A stretch of 64,000 bases of DNA from Squalus acanthias (Eukaryota): the NCBI GenBank assembly GCA_030390025.1, contig CM059432.1:14944001-15008000 (forward strand), written 5' to 3'. Positions within the stretch are counted from its first letter, which is position 1. The number at the start of each line of letters is the position of its first letter. The translations under genes were made by a program, and so were the position numbers. Positions 63,118 to 64,000 of this stretch are shown here, one piece after another. The notes under the pieces were generated by a model. It was not told the DNA's origin. It searched no databases and was given only the letters and a program-made list of their open reading frames with translations.

Positions 63118-64000
63118 GATCCCAGTGGACTTATAGCGCCGTGTTGTTCAATACATTGCCCACTCGCCATATGTGGCTAATTGGGAAACCAGATATGGCT
63201 AATTGTATTTTTGATAATAAATAAAAAATGATTACGAGACACTGTCGTTAGGCATGTGATCTCAATACTTGTATTTGCACAGCGTATGCATGTGTACTTT
63301 AATCTTTTTGAGAGTTTGTTGGCAAGATGGAAAGCGGAGTGTGCGAGTGTTTTTTGTTCGTCTTGTGTGCTTTACGTCTTATGGTTAATTGTTATTGGCC
63401 ATCTGCTAAAATGACGGGTGAAAACAACATTGAAACACCAGCAACGTTGTATGGAGAGGGGGGCAGTCACTGGGGTCAGCTCGACCAATCGGAATAACCG
63501 CTGCAGGCCAGCAGAAGGAATCAGCCCAAGCAATAACGAGCTGCTCCAACAGGGCTCGTCATGGCAACGGACAAGCAGCATCCAAACGTGGTCTGGATGG
63601 AGAGCAGGGATGGGCCTGGTGGGGGTCTCAGTGCGAGTCAACATTCTCAGCAAGCACTCTGATGAAGTCAAAGTACCGCTCGCCACTGCAGCACAAAAAT
63701 CTAGAAGCGGCACTAAGGTGTGCTGTGTCTCATCAATTCACGCCAGAATTCCAAACTTTGGTGTTCGAGAAAGACTGTAAAGTTTCACACTGAATGGATG
63801 TTTATTAGGCAAATATACACCTGAAGTACATATGCCTGTATTGTGAATTTATTAAAATTAGTACATAGGGCTAAAACAGTGTCGAGTAGCTACGGCTGTC
63901 AGCGATTTCTGACTGACGACACCATTACAGTGAAGGTACAGTGCTTCTGACTGCACCCAGTGTTCAGAGACAGCAGGTGAAACACCCTCCCAACAACAAC

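Noticed and set aside
63140..64000. Possible DNA-transposon left end and ORF 63418-63780
   Set aside because: No recognisable domain, and no partner TIR or TSD within the window.

Overview
Vertebrate intronic DNA; the repeat content (HE1/V-SINE, Deu-domain SINEs, abundant CR1 and Penelope elements) points to a cartilaginous fish. The only host coding sequence I can identify is two minus-strand exons (49094-48893, 202 nt; 42777-42675, 103 nt) of a type IIB receptor tyrosine phosphatase, best matching PTPRM, in the fibronectin type III region. The rest is intron filled with nested mobile elements: CR1, L2 and Tx1 LINE pieces, SINEs, several MITE families, a full-length 2.6-kb hAT transposon with a nonsense-disabled transposase, and a probable 1.27-kb solo LTR. 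The most notable feature is nine insertions of a small (~125-160 nt unit) non-coding element. It carries a minimal hammerhead ribozyme whose stems covary between copies, inserts mostly as head-to-head palindromes with 10-15 bp target-site duplications (TSDs), and in one case encloses an inverted copy of 209 bp of nearby genomic DNA. All calls were made by eye with no database searches, and boundaries of old repeats are approximate.
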